Of a stretch of DNA of 64,000 bases, positions 19,901 to 28,664 are shown piece by piece. The stretch's first letter is position 1. Each line of letters opens with the position of its first letter. A program made the position numbers and the translations under genes. Under the pieces are notes generated by a model. It did no database searches and had not been told where the DNA came from. It saw nothing but the letters and a program-made list of their open reading frames with translations. This DNA comes from a virus, in IMG/VR virus record IMGVR_UViG_3300021492_000027. The stretch is one strand, 5' to 3'.

Positions 19901-20704
19901 GGGTGGTTAGGCTCAGTGTTTGGATTCACAAATGAAACAGAGATATATAGTACCCGTCAGAACGGAACAACTGATAGCAATGGTGAGATAGCGTTCCTTA
20001 TGGCGGATACTATTAAATACAAAGTGAGGTTCACAAACGAGAGCTTAGGAATTAATAAGACATGGTTTAAGTTTCCGACAAGGGACGAATACACGATAGT
20101 CGTTATGCCTTGGGAGTATAAGTCAGAAGAAGAGCGTAAGAAGCAGCTAATGGCAACAACAGTGAACATAACAACCGCGAAAATAAATAGCACACATGCG
20201 ATAATATATGTGAATTACACCGACCCTAACGACATGACAGAAAGTGTCAACATAAACATAACACGGTTAGAAGTGTTTGGCGAGGAAGAAGTGGTTTATA
20301 ATATTACAATAACTGATAATAGTTTCATTAACGAATCGTTTATTGTCACGCCATACAAAGGACGTTCGTTTAATGTAAGAATAAGAGCGTTACATGAAGG
20401 TTATGGCGAGCGTATATGGGAATATGGCGTGAAATTCAAGGGTTTGCTAAAAGATTTGGAGCTACCTGAAGAGATATATCCAATAATAGCGATTGCCATA
20501 ATTTTCTTCATAGGTGGTTTATTTGGTGCAACGACGGCGTTACAGGGTTCGTTATTGATATGCATAGTGAGTTGGATTTTCTATGGCATAGGGTGGCTCA
20601 ATATAGTGCCGGACAGTGTGATGGTGAGTGCGCTATCGTTAGCAACAGTCATGTCAGTTCTGGGCTTACTCATGGATCGTGCCCGTAGGTCAGGCGTGCA
20701 GTAA
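16997..20704 (+). CDS. Large surface/tail protein: DUF2341, Asp-box beta-propeller, Ig-like domains, C-terminal TMs
   Basis: Signal peptide, WWNNSWQY...FKDIRF...LDYWIE (DUF2341-like), YAKSTDGGSTW, repeated AIDxxDNVHVVW blades, three C-terminal TMs. Confidence 0.75.
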   Translation: MQKKEVLNRLSICLAILSIAFIILSSSCSAAPASAHAPVMKQFNAYNRQLMLTNADTGQQLIVKSVSKKEGVCRFEEIFEVTAIGNDYVPIRGKDFGLKFMNKTYSDIAHEIRSVKWYVWEDNNWQPLKWDVYNRASAIKKDETKLYKVVVTKKRAEIGDKRILTIPKFMGVEDERLTWWNNSWQYKINSTLNNVPSGGYTYQLMVHSGSGTNTKTDVYLNGHGASNFKDIRFVLDDTIELDYWIETNSTDPIRVYVDVPSNGTVYMYYGNPNVETTSDLRSVGIFGDDFRDGSKWTTTSSERFRIADGVLNMSLCDTAGTAYIYTNSFSALTNYYVQYQLILTNCYVGSENFFCMQTSPGIPITHNLNFSGIYMYEDGGCGNSKFEIGYQSHIENMSSSNIACCGGIKIKYYNGKGVIERWSHSFTTKHEETSPVYGSSPSMTRFVVSQYSSYGIEGELDNILIRKYQEPEPEWSTWSTEETETTYTGESITQYNSQRKIARTSDNYLHRVYTKFDGSHYRIYYAKSTDGGSTWTETDLSEDDSHDFLDPAIAVDSNDNIWVVYYVNGAGVKYRMYNGTSWSNSQSLSSGISHINGLSIAIDEQDNVHVVWSADLISQYEIQYRMFDGSSWSTLEGLENSNFPEYPSIAIDSNNYVHVVWQEKVSDVWNIKHRKKTDSGWQAIYSVTSVNDYDQTYPCIVADPSGNVHVVWQTSDHQIKYRRCSPDGTWNAIETVYDGGIYEQLRPSISVYDNNYLHVVWFGYDSSHETNYVIKESHKTTSSWSSPNNIVSVPGKDVVYPNLIGALYPKICSDCYTNLPDTGYAFIYDENGAIKYYDSDDLAWRCPTKYTLTLKAINAKTGISVTSFSADLGTGETKTTTNGVVKFRCLETGYYSLRITANGYYVYTETIVVDTTKEITVTLTPISEFDYYVLPNARTVTFIVEDIYGKRLENIYVEAVGYNISHPYGWLGSVFGFTNETEIYSTRQNGTTDSNGEIAFLMADTIKYKVRFTNESLGINKTWFKFPTRDEYTIVVMPWEYKSEEERKKQLMATTVNITTAKINSTHAIIYVNYTDPNDMTESVNINITRLEVFGEEEVVYNITITDNSFINESFIVTPYKGRSFNVRIRALHEGYGERIWEYGVKFKGLLKDLELPEEIYPIIAIAIIFFIGGLFGATTALQGSLLICIVSWIFYGIGWLNIVPDSVMVSALSLATVMSVLGLLMDRARRSGVQ

Positions 20705-20773
20705 TCACGAAATAGGCTTTTTAAGTACTATGAGGTTAGTTAAATAAATCTAAGGAGGTGATATAAAAAGAAA

Positions 20774-22075
20774 ATGGATGTATTAACTCTGTTGTATATG
20801 GTGATAGCGCTTTTCATAGCGCTATGGGTTGTTATAGTGCTATATTTGAAATACTGGCTGGATATCAAGAGATTTGCGCCAGAAGCAAAAGTCTTCAAAG
20901 AAGCACGTAAGAAGAAGCTGGCGATACTGGAGATAACCGATTCGGCAGGCAGGACAGCGTTTAAGCTCGGTACCAAACGCAAACGAAGCGATGTCCATTT
21001 CTCTGGTAGTGAGTACGGTATACAAATAGACCCGAAGTTGCAAGGCAATGCGCCAGAGAATAGGACGGTGGATGGAGTGCCAATCCATCACTTCTCTACA
21101 CAGTATCCGTTCCCGCTTAGTGACAAAAACGCACGAGCACTTGAGACAATAGTTGAACATGCAAGAGAGAACTATCCTGATCTTGGATTCCTGTCAGATG
21201 CGGACATAATAATACTCGCAGGTACGCCACGTGAGAATTTGGATCACGATGTGAACAACTACATCATGGAATACGAGCCAGAGGTCGAGCGTGAAGTCTT
21301 AACTAAGCAGTTCGCACTGAACACAAAAGTCAGTTCGCCATTTACACTTAGCTACGATATGGTAATGGAATTGAACCAGCATGGCATAGAGATAGGTTAT
21401 AAATCAGTCTCAAAAGGCGAGTTGGTTAAGTATCTCAATAGTTTATTCGACGAACTCAACCTGAAACTGAAGAGAGTCACATTTTCGTTCTCCAAAGATG
21501 ACAGGACCACACTCAACATCATAGACAAAAAAACAAAAGAGGTGAAAGCATCTCTCAAACGTGGTGATAATAATGTTTGTAGTCTTTCAATACCGGGTGT
21601 TTTGAATCCGGGCGTAGAGATAGGCATAATAGATAGTGATGGTGCGGTCAGTATACCTGATGCGGAACTCATCAGGAGCGACGATAACGAATACACATTA
21701 AAGACAAAAGATAACGATAAATACGCGATAATGAAAGAAGAGGACAGCAATGAATGGGCGGTTTATAAGCTCTCAAAAACGAAAGTGAAGCTCACCAAGG
21801 ACGATGTTGTAGAACAGATATCGCAACTCCAGAAAGAGATACAGACATTGCCGGTAAAGCACGGGTTCTTCTCATATACGTATGCGTTTAACAACTCGCC
21901 TATGGGCATGTTGGCACAGGACATGCAACAACTCACGCTATTGATACAGCGGATGGCACGTGAAGAGATGAAAAACGAATGGGAACGCTATGTGCCGTTG
22001 GCGTTCGGTGTGCTGATAATCATCGTGGGTATAATAGCGTTAGTGATTGTCTTAGGTGGTAGAGGAGGTGCATAA
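20774..22075 (+). CDS. Membrane protein with N- and C-terminal TM helices
   Basis: Hydrophobic termini, 433 aa. Confidence 0.7.
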   Translation: MDVLTLLYMVIALFIALWVVIVLYLKYWLDIKRFAPEAKVFKEARKKKLAILEITDSAGRTAFKLGTKRKRSDVHFSGSEYGIQIDPKLQGNAPENRTVDGVPIHHFSTQYPFPLSDKNARALETIVEHARENYPDLGFLSDADIIILAGTPRENLDHDVNNYIMEYEPEVEREVLTKQFALNTKVSSPFTLSYDMVMELNQHGIEIGYKSVSKGELVKYLNSLFDELNLKLKRVTFSFSKDDRTTLNIIDKKTKEVKASLKRGDNNVCSLSIPGVLNPGVEIGIIDSDGAVSIPDAELIRSDDNEYTLKTKDNDKYAIMKEEDSNEWAVYKLSKTKVKLTKDDVVEQISQLQKEIQTLPVKHGFFSYTYAFNNSPMGMLAQDMQQLTLLIQRMAREEMKNEWERYVPLAFGVLIIIVGIIALVIVLGGRGGA

Positions 22076-22094
22076 AGCAAAAGAGTAAAGAGTA

Positions 22095-22310
22095 ATGGCT
22101 GTAAGAAACAAGCGTAAGAAACGGAAACGGAGGAAGAAGGTTGTTGTCAGTACGCAAATAGCGAAGCTTAAGCAAATAGTCTATGAAAGTGGCATACCAG
22201 CGTGGCTAATCAATGTCGAGGAGCTGTTTGATAGCTCTTTGCCCTTTGAAGAGAACGAGCGAATAGTTAGGGACGAAATAGAGGAACTAAAGAGAACACT
22301 AAAAAACTAA
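22095..22310 (+). CDS. Small protein with poly-basic N-terminus
   Basis: RNKRKKRKRRKK. Confidence 0.65.
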   Translation: MAVRNKRKKRKRRKKVVVSTQIAKLKQIVYESGIPAWLINVEELFDSSLPFEENERIVRDEIEELKRTLKN

Positions 22311-22363
22311 TTTTCTTTATTTATTTTTATATATAAAAATATATTAATATTATTGATGTAGAA

Positions 22364-22609
22364 ATGCAATACGTAACGGTATATACGGCAGAAGGTGGTG
22401 TGAGCTTAGGCAAGATAGACGAAAGGGGCAGGTTAGTATGGCGTAGTGGTATGCGAGTTCCTGTTTCTCAGCCAGAAGTAAGGGACAGGATACTGAGGAA
22501 AGGTGTTGTGCGAATAGTGAAAGATGATGGAAAGAAATATAAGCAAATTGTTAATGAGCTGTGCTTGCCATCATCTTATATACCACCAGAGAAAAAATGC
22601 AGTACGTAA
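22364..22609 (+). CDS. Small basic protein, paralog family A (copy 1)
   Basis: MQYVTVYT...GKIDERGRLVWRSG...LRKGVVRIVKDDGKKYKQ, homologous to 22597 and 59121. Confidence 0.7.
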   Translation: MQYVTVYTAEGGVSLGKIDERGRLVWRSGMRVPVSQPEVRDRILRKGVVRIVKDDGKKYKQIVNELCLPSSYIPPEKKCST

Positions 22610-22833
22610 CCATTTATACGGACGACCATGCCGTAGGATTAGGCAAGATAGACAATAAGGGCAGATTGATATGGCGTTCGGGGGTATGGATACCAGTGCC
22701 TTATAGTCAGCCAGAGCTACGAGACAAGTTGCTACGAAAGGGTGTGAAACGAATAGTCAAGGATGGCGGTAAGAAATATAAACAATTCCTCAAAGGTTTG
22801 GGACTGCCACCAACATACATACCACCGGATTAG
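22597..22833 (+). CDS. Small basic protein, paralog family A (copy 2)
   Basis: Tandem paralog; start moved to ATG 22597 by alignment. Confidence 0.7.
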   Translation: MQYVTIYTDDHAVGLGKIDNKGRLIWRSGVWIPVPYSQPELRDKLLRKGVKRIVKDGGKKYKQFLKGLGLPPTYIPPD

Positions 22834-22843
22834 TAATCCATAA

Positions 22844-23200
22844 ATGACCACACTACCGAAGAAGCTCAAAGCGAACAAAATGCCGAAAATAAAACAAACC
22901 TCAAACCGAATAGTAATACATGTAGGCAACTTTTGGCAGCGTTACCATAGCGCGTCACGGAACACCAAGCCCTTGTGGCAGTTCCGTATCAAGGATGTCG
23001 GACGTGCGAGCCATTCGGAACTGATACTGTGCAAGCCGCCACGTTCGGCGAGTTGGCACACTTATGCGTGGTCGTTCTCGAACCAGCAAGTGAAACGAGT
23101 TAACCGCAAACTTGTTGTTTATGACAGGAAAGCGTTTGAGATATTGAAACGATTGAAGGATAAGGGCGAGTTAAAAGGGTATAGTGTGGTATTCAAATAA
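22844..23200 (+). CDS. Basic hypothetical protein
   Basis: 118-aa Lys/Arg-rich ORF. Confidence 0.65.
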   Translation: MTTLPKKLKANKMPKIKQTSNRIVIHVGNFWQRYHSASRNTKPLWQFRIKDVGRASHSELILCKPPRSASWHTYAWSFSNQQVKRVNRKLVVYDRKAFEILKRLKDKGELKGYSVVFK

Positions 23201-23264
23201 AACATTTTTTATTGTGTAATATTAAGTTAGATATAATGATAGTAATTTAGGAGGTGATAAAAAG

Positions 23265-23441
23265 ATGGGATATGCGTATAGGTTATATAAAAAGCATCAG
23301 GCGGCAAAGAAATGGGAAGTAGTGGGTTTATACAAGTTTAAGAGTTCAGCAGAGCGACATGCAAGAGAAATAAAAGCAGAAAATAAGTATATGAGAACAA
23401 TGATAAAGAAGGTAAAAACATCTTTAAAGAGTTTGGTATAG
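23265..23441 (+). CDS. Small basic protein (58 aa, not in ORF track)
   Basis: AGGAGGTGAT RBS, then MGYAYRLYKKH...SLV. Confidence 0.55.
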   Translation: MGYAYRLYKKHQAAKKWEVVGLYKFKSSAERHAREIKAENKYMRTMIKKVKTSLKSLV

Positions 23442-23490
23442 TAGTATTTAAGCTAATAGCTAATATATCGAATTTTTTTAATGATGTGAT

Positions 23491-24309
23491 ATGACCCAAT
23501 TAGTACATAAAATCATTTGTGGTGATTGTATTAAGGTTATGAAAGAGATGGAAAGTAATAGTGTGGATTTGGTTGTTACTTCTCCTCCTTATGATAATTT
23601 AAGAGATTATAAGGGTTATTCCTTTGATTTTGAGAATACTGCTAAGGAACTGTTTAGAGTTATCAAAGAAGGTGGTGTTATTGTTTGGGTAGTTGGAGAT
23701 GCTACAATAGATGGAAGCGAAACAGGCACGAGTTTTAAACAAGCGTTGTATTTTAAAGAGATTGGGCTTAATTTGCACGATACTATGATTTATCATAGAT
23801 ATGCTCGTTATCCTGATAGCCTCAGATACTTTCAAGAATTTGAATATATGTTTGTATTTGTCAAAGGAAAAATCAAAACAGTAAATTTTTTAGAGGATAT
23901 ATGTCGTTCAAAACGCTATAATATTAAAGAAGTAGGTACAAAAAGAAAAAAAGATGGAAGTTTAGTTCCTTGGTCAAGCACGCTTCCTAAAACACCGTAT
24001 AGAAGACGTGGAAATGTTTGGAGCTATGGTGTTGCTACGAATGGAACATTTCATAGCCATCCTGCATCATTTCCCGAACAACTTGCATCTGACCATATTT
24101 ATTCTTGGTCTAATAAGAACGAAATAGTCTTAGACCCTTTTCTTGGTTCTGGAACAACCTTAGTAGCAGCAGAACGATTAGGCAGGAACAGTATAGGAAT
24201 TGAAATATCCAAAGAATATTGCGAAATTGCATATAAAAGATTACTAAATGAGGTTAAACAGGCTAAATTAGATAGAGAACCTTCCGTGATAGAGAGAGGG
24301 GGGTTTTAA
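23491..24309 (+). CDS. DNA methyltransferase, N4-C/N6-A beta class
   Basis: VVTSPPY catalytic motif, HPASFP, VLDPFLGSGTT SAM-binding motif. Confidence 0.9.
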   Translation: MTQLVHKIICGDCIKVMKEMESNSVDLVVTSPPYDNLRDYKGYSFDFENTAKELFRVIKEGGVIVWVVGDATIDGSETGTSFKQALYFKEIGLNLHDTMIYHRYARYPDSLRYFQEFEYMFVFVKGKIKTVNFLEDICRSKRYNIKEVGTKRKKDGSLVPWSSTLPKTPYRRRGNVWSYGVATNGTFHSHPASFPEQLASDHIYSWSNKNEIVLDPFLGSGTTLVAAERLGRNSIGIEISKEYCEIAYKRLLNEVKQAKLDREPSVIERGGF

Positions 24310-24667
24310 GCGCTGGTTCTATTGCAAGATTTGTAAACAAGTCTATCCCATGAAAGAGCGAGATAACCATATCCATAACGCACCAGATAATACCAGATAC
24401 CAGTACTTAGAGTTCCATCCAACCCAAAAACCGTTACAACTTATACAATATTTAGTTAGGCTCGTAACACCGCCACATGGAACACTAATAGACCCGTTTA
24501 TGGGTACGGGTACAGCGATAGTATCAGCCGAAAGAGAGGGTTTTAATTCGATAGGTATAGATAACAAGCTTGAATATTGTGAGATAGCAATTAAGAGGAT
24601 AAGTAGCGAGCTGAAACAGTTAAGAATAGATAGAGAGTTATCCCAACTCAAGCGAATAGGGTTTTAG
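24293..24667 (+). pseudogene. 5'-truncated DNA methyltransferase remnant
   Basis: Open frame RWFYCKICKQVYPMK...HPTQKP...LIDPFMGTGT without an SPPY/DPPY half; begins inside the end of the preceding MTase. Confidence 0.7.
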
Positions 24668-24672
24668 TGTCT

Positions 24673-26496
24673 TTATTCATCTCGTGTCCATTCGCACGCT
24701 TCAGTTACATAAGCTAAAAACCCGAACCCGCGCGAAACTGTGAAATCTCCACCGGGATAACCGCATTGCTTTGCTGTCCACGAACCGTCAGGGTTCTTCT
24801 TATACACATATGTGCAATTAGGGACTTCGTTGCATAGATTAGATGAATTAGTTGGTGTGGTGCTTGTCCAAGCTAACATGTTATAGCCTTGTGATAGGGT
24901 TATGGTATAGCCGTTACTACTTTTACTTTCCTCTATTGTAAATGCTCGTGTAGACCATTCAGAATTATTGAATTGTATATAACCAGAAGAATTTGCTTTT
25001 TTAGTTGCAAAATCAATCCCGTCTCTTTTGATAAGATAGTAATGATATGGCTTTAATCCCCAAACACTAAACACTACATTATTTCCATCTGTTGTATTCG
25101 CTGTGAAGTTTACTAAATTTTCACCCTGCGGAAGTGATGTGTCAAATTTATTTACTGTTATATCTGCTGAGTCAGAGGCTGGAACTGCAGTCATATTATA
25201 CATTGTGAGTGTAACAGTTCCTGTCCCAGTAATAGAAAGATTGCTCTTCTCAGGATACCAATGTGGTGTATCAGGACTATCTTCGCCAAATACTTTACCA
25301 TCAGTGAACTCGATTTGCAAATTAGAGATAACATCGTTGATAGTAAATCTTCTTGTAGTATCTGGAATATCCCTCACTGTAATGTTGGAAATGTTCTGTC
25401 CATTGAAACTAAAAACATTCTCAATTGAGTTATTCTCAAAAAGTATATCTGATACTTCTACCCCCGCTTCGTATGTCGCAACGTATACGCCATACATTGA
25501 AGAATTTCTAACTATGTTGTTCCTTATTGTGACATTCCTTATCCAGCTGCGAGGCTCGCTATAGGTGTAGAGAAAAATTCCATAATGAGCATAACTGTCC
25601 GAGATCATATTGTCTTCGACTAGGCAATTTTCCACGCCAACAAGCCATATCCCTCGTGTACATTGTTCCAGTGTGTTATTTCTTATAATAACATTTTTAT
25701 TGCCATAGTTATGAACCATTATTCCTGCACCACCTGTAGTGTTATAAATTAAATTATTCGCTATTAAGACCTCATCACAGTTACCAAAGACATTAATAGC
25801 ATCGTGATTGTTATCGTCCAATAGATTATTTGTAATTGTTATATGATGAAAATTATATTCATCGTGTCCAGCTAAATGCGTAACAATAGCTCCTGAGGGT
25901 CCTGTATGTGTGATTGTATTATTGTCTATTGTTATATAGCTACAGCCATACCTCATATAAACGCCCCAACCATCAAGAGAAGTTATTGTTAGGTTAGTGA
26001 TATTTATATGCGATGATTTATCACCTATGTATATCCCTTCAGCATAATTTTTAATAACTATATTTCCTTTTATATCTATAAATGAATGATCACTCGGTAT
26101 TTCGATACCATTTCCTGTTTTATCAACTCCATCCAAGGTTGGAGTCCCGTTGTAAGCAGTTATGATAATCGGACGGGTCGCATTACCAGAATTTGCGAAG
26201 ATAGCATGCTCATCATACCATGTTCCATCTAACAGATATATTGTATCTCCTGCCTGTGCTTGCTGCGCGGCATAAGAAGGATGCTGCCATGCTGTTTCAA
26301 CTGAAGTACCATTCAAGCTATCGTTTCCGTCTACTTTTACATAATAGTCAGTTGCGCTTACCACACCCACTCCGGCAAACAACAGCATAAAACAGATAAT
26401 AGCTAAACTCACTCCAGAAAATAAGTGACCATCTTGGCTGTGTTCTTTTTCTCTGCCTTCCTCAATATTTTTCGTTTTCATGATTTTATTGTTCAT
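24673..26496 (-). CDS. Secreted right-handed beta-helix (pectate-lyase/NosD-like) adhesin with the same C-terminal module as ORF 2854
   Basis: Signal, YYVKVDGNDS...AQAGDTIYL, repeated N/I-rich beta-helix coils, C-terminal YTITLSQGYNML...WTRDE. The only well-supported minus-strand gene. Confidence 0.8.
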   Translation of the reverse strand: MNNKIMKTKNIEEGREKEHSQDGHLFSGVSLAIICFMLLFAGVGVVSATDYYVKVDGNDSLNGTSVETAWQHPSYAAQQAQAGDTIYLLDGTWYDEHAIFANSGNATRPIIITAYNGTPTLDGVDKTGNGIEIPSDHSFIDIKGNIVIKNYAEGIYIGDKSSHINITNLTITSLDGWGVYMRYGCSYITIDNNTITHTGPSGAIVTHLAGHDEYNFHHITITNNLLDDNNHDAINVFGNCDEVLIANNLIYNTTGGAGIMVHNYGNKNVIIRNNTLEQCTRGIWLVGVENCLVEDNMISDSYAHYGIFLYTYSEPRSWIRNVTIRNNIVRNSSMYGVYVATYEAGVEVSDILFENNSIENVFSFNGQNISNITVRDIPDTTRRFTINDVISNLQIEFTDGKVFGEDSPDTPHWYPEKSNLSITGTGTVTLTMYNMTAVPASDSADITVNKFDTSLPQGENLVNFTANTTDGNNVVFSVWGLKPYHYYLIKRDGIDFATKKANSSGYIQFNNSEWSTRAFTIEESKSSNGYTITLSQGYNMLAWTSTTPTNSSNLCNEVPNCTYVYKKNPDGSWTAKQCGYPGGDFTVSRGFGFLAYVTEACEWTRDE

Positions 26497-26714
26497 GGTT
26501 TTTGTTTTTCATACATTCACTTCCTATCCGTAATAGTGCAGTTTTCATAGTAGGTTCCACTCCGCACATAATTATAATACTGCTATAAAACTAATAAATG
26601 CTTTTTTTAGTGTACTTTGTTTTTTAATTCTTTGCATGATTTGTTACCTATCATGATTTTACATTATTTAATTATAATAATAATATATAAAGTTAAAAAA
26701 TAATCACCAAAAAA

Positions 26715-26993
26715 ATGCCCAAGAAAATAAAACTCAAAAACAACGGCATATACCAGTTCTTAGGATATCTAAAACAGCAACGTGCCGATGACAGAGTACT
26801 AAGAGCATTAAAAACCTTCAATAAACCAACCGATTTACAAACACTATCCCAAACCCTTAACATCCACAAAGACACAGTGAGAAAGCATCTGTATAGGCTG
26901 AAAAAACAGGGTAGGGTCAGAATCATCAGGAATCCAGCGAATAAAAACTTTGTGTTGGTTTACTATATAGGAGGTGATGAGAAATGGAAATAG
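26715..26993 (+). CDS. Winged-HTH transcription regulator
   Basis: LQTLSQTLNIHKDTVRKHLYRLKKQGRV. Confidence 0.7.
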   Translation: MPKKIKLKNNGIYQFLGYLKQQRADDRVLRALKTFNKPTDLQTLSQTLNIHKDTVRKHLYRLKKQGRVRIIRNPANKNFVLVYYIGGDEKWK

Positions 26994-27247
26994 AAACAAA
27001 AACATCTAAAATATTGAGAGTTATGTGCGATGCAGCAAAAACGATGCATATAATAGATTTTATCACTCTTGGTGTTTGGATCGCAGGAGCTTTTCTAATC
27101 AAAGCGGTTACAAAGATAGGAGATAGTGTTCCTGCTGAAATGCGATTGATGTATGTGATGTTTATTACAGTATATATGCTGTTCATGCTGGTCTTCTTGT
27201 GTTTGGCAGAGATAGTACATACGATAAAGAGAATAGAACAGCGATAA
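26984..27247 (+). CDS. Small two-TM protein, paralog family B (copy 1)
   Basis: MEIETKTSKI...WIAG...HTIKRIEQR. Confidence 0.65.
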   Translation: MEIETKTSKILRVMCDAAKTMHIIDFITLGVWIAGAFLIKAVTKIGDSVPAEMRLMYVMFITVYMLFMLVFLCLAEIVHTIKRIEQR

Positions 27248-27282
27248 CCGTCAAAATTTAAGAAATTAGGAGGTGATGAAAA

Positions 27283-27564
27283 ATGGAAGTAAAGACAAAA
27301 AACTCTAAAATAGCGAAATTTATAAAGGAGTTAGTGAAGGAAAGCCATCCAGCGGATTTTGTTGCGCTTGCTTTGTGGATAGCAGGCTTTTGTGTTTGGA
27401 TATCGTGCATTAGTATAGCAAATAATACTAATTTCTCATTAGAGATACGAGGGATGTATTTGCTATTTGTTTTGGTATACATAGCGCAATTAGCAGTTTT
27501 TTCGTACCAAACAATGATGATACATACACTTAAAAGAATAGAACAAAAGATAGAACAGCGATAA
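27283..27564 (+). CDS. Small two-TM protein, paralog family B (copy 2)
   Basis: MEVKTKNSKI...WIAG...HTLKRIEQKIEQR. Confidence 0.65.
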   Translation: MEVKTKNSKIAKFIKELVKESHPADFVALALWIAGFCVWISCISIANNTNFSLEIRGMYLLFVLVYIAQLAVFSYQTMMIHTLKRIEQKIEQR

Positions 27565-27622
27565 ACTCCCTCAAAACTTCTTTTTTATTTTTTAAATTTT
27601 TAAAAATAAAACGGAGAGATAA

Positions 27623-27808
27623 ATGAAGGAAGAAATGAAAGGAATAAAGGAAATAGTAGAGCAAATATGGGAAGAAGCAACAGGAGTAAGTGGAGAGAAA
27701 GTCGCTGAAATTGCTGATGAAATTGATAATATCTTCCATAAAAACGGCTATGTTGTCTCTCATGACAAAATTGCACATTTTGTAGTGGATTGTATCAAGG
27801 AAAAATGA
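27623..27808 (+). CDS. Hypothetical protein
   Basis: 61-aa ORF with GGAG RBS. Confidence 0.55.
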   Translation: MKEEMKGIKEIVEQIWEEATGVSGEKVAEIADEIDNIFHKNGYVVSHDKIAHFVVDCIKEK

Positions 27809-27859
27809 AATTCAAAAACAAAAGGATATACAAACTCATATAGGAGGTGAGAGCTAAAA

Positions 27860-28156
27860 ATGTGGAAATTAGAAATAGGATTGTATATAAGAATAGTAAA
27901 GTACTTATACAGTATGACCTTAGAAGCATTAGAAGCATTATTTATCCATAAAACACACTCAAAAGCTTTAAAAGTAGCTTTAAAGCCTTTTTGTGTGGTA
28001 GGAGCACTGACTTTGAGTGCTTTCTATGGTTATTGCGTTTGCTGTTTTTTAGCGAAATCCATAAGCACATTAGAAAAAGAAAAGGAATGGGTAGATATTG
28101 AAATACGAGAAATGGCACAAGAAAGGATATTGAAAAGAGATAGGATGCAATTATGA
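27860..28156 (+). CDS. Small membrane protein
   Basis: AGGAGGTG RBS, one hydrophobic segment. Confidence 0.55.
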   Translation: MWKLEIGLYIRIVKYLYSMTLEALEALFIHKTHSKALKVALKPFCVVGALTLSAFYGYCVCCFLAKSISTLEKEKEWVDIEIREMAQERILKRDRMQL

Positions 28157-28191
28157 GAGGTTGTCTTTAGCAACCCCTCAGTGGTTATATG

Positions 28192-28221
28192 CCTGCTATT
28201 GAATACAAAATCAATAGCAGG
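28192..28221. repeat. Perfect 11-8-11 inverted repeat (candidate recombinase site or hairpin)
   Basis: CCTGCTATTGA-ATACAAAA-TCAATAGCAGG. Confidence 0.6.
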
Positions 28222-28259
28222 GTGGTTATTAGTAATATATTGGGAGTAGGGATATAAAA

Positions 28260-28508
28260 ATGAAAGGATTTAAAATATTGGAAGCGATAGTAATTTCTCT
28301 CTACTTCTTAAGTATAATCTACTTTGGACATCTCATCGCAGAACACCAAAAAATCACTATCTGTAAATCCTGCCAGGAACAAAACTGGACTGGTGAGATT
28401 GTAGGTCCAGATATGAAGGTGAATTGCTCTGAAGTTAGGGATTGGTGTGAGGAGGATGTGATGGTTGAGAAAGATGATAATATTTTCAATTTGATACGGA
28501 GGCAATGA
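28260..28508 (+). CDS. Small membrane-anchored Cys-containing protein
   Basis: N-terminal TM, CxxC and two further Cys. Confidence 0.55.
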   Translation: MKGFKILEAIVISLYFLSIIYFGHLIAEHQKITICKSCQEQNWTGEIVGPDMKVNCSEVRDWCEEDVMVEKDDNIFNLIRRQ

Positions 28509-28664
28509 GCCTAATATCCTTTTAATATCCTATGCTTAAATATTAAGGTTTTTTAGAAAAACTTCATCCATTCCCTTATTTTAAGCTTTCTAAAGGGGCT
28601 TTTTCAACAACTTTTAGCACAACATCTAAAACCTTAATATATAAGGAAATTATATAAATAAAAT

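Noticed and set aside
12212-21750. Numerous 60-130-aa minus-strand ORFs in the track
   Set aside because: Antisense shadows of long purine-rich + strand genes, with no RBS or recognisable motifs.
5353-24915. Invertible shufflon between the inverted C-terminal modules
   Set aside because: The nucleotide sequences differ at many synonymous sites, no long identical inverted repeat exists, and 19 kb of core genes lie between them.
2854-26496. Diversity-generating retroelement acting on the adhesins
   Set aside because: No reverse transcriptase and no template/variable repeat pair differing only at adenines.
28540-28640. 13-bp inverted repeat ATATTAAGGTTTT / AAAACCTTAATAT as a recombination site
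   Set aside because: The arms are about 75 bp apart and the right arm reads as the BRE-TATA promoter of the recombinase gene.
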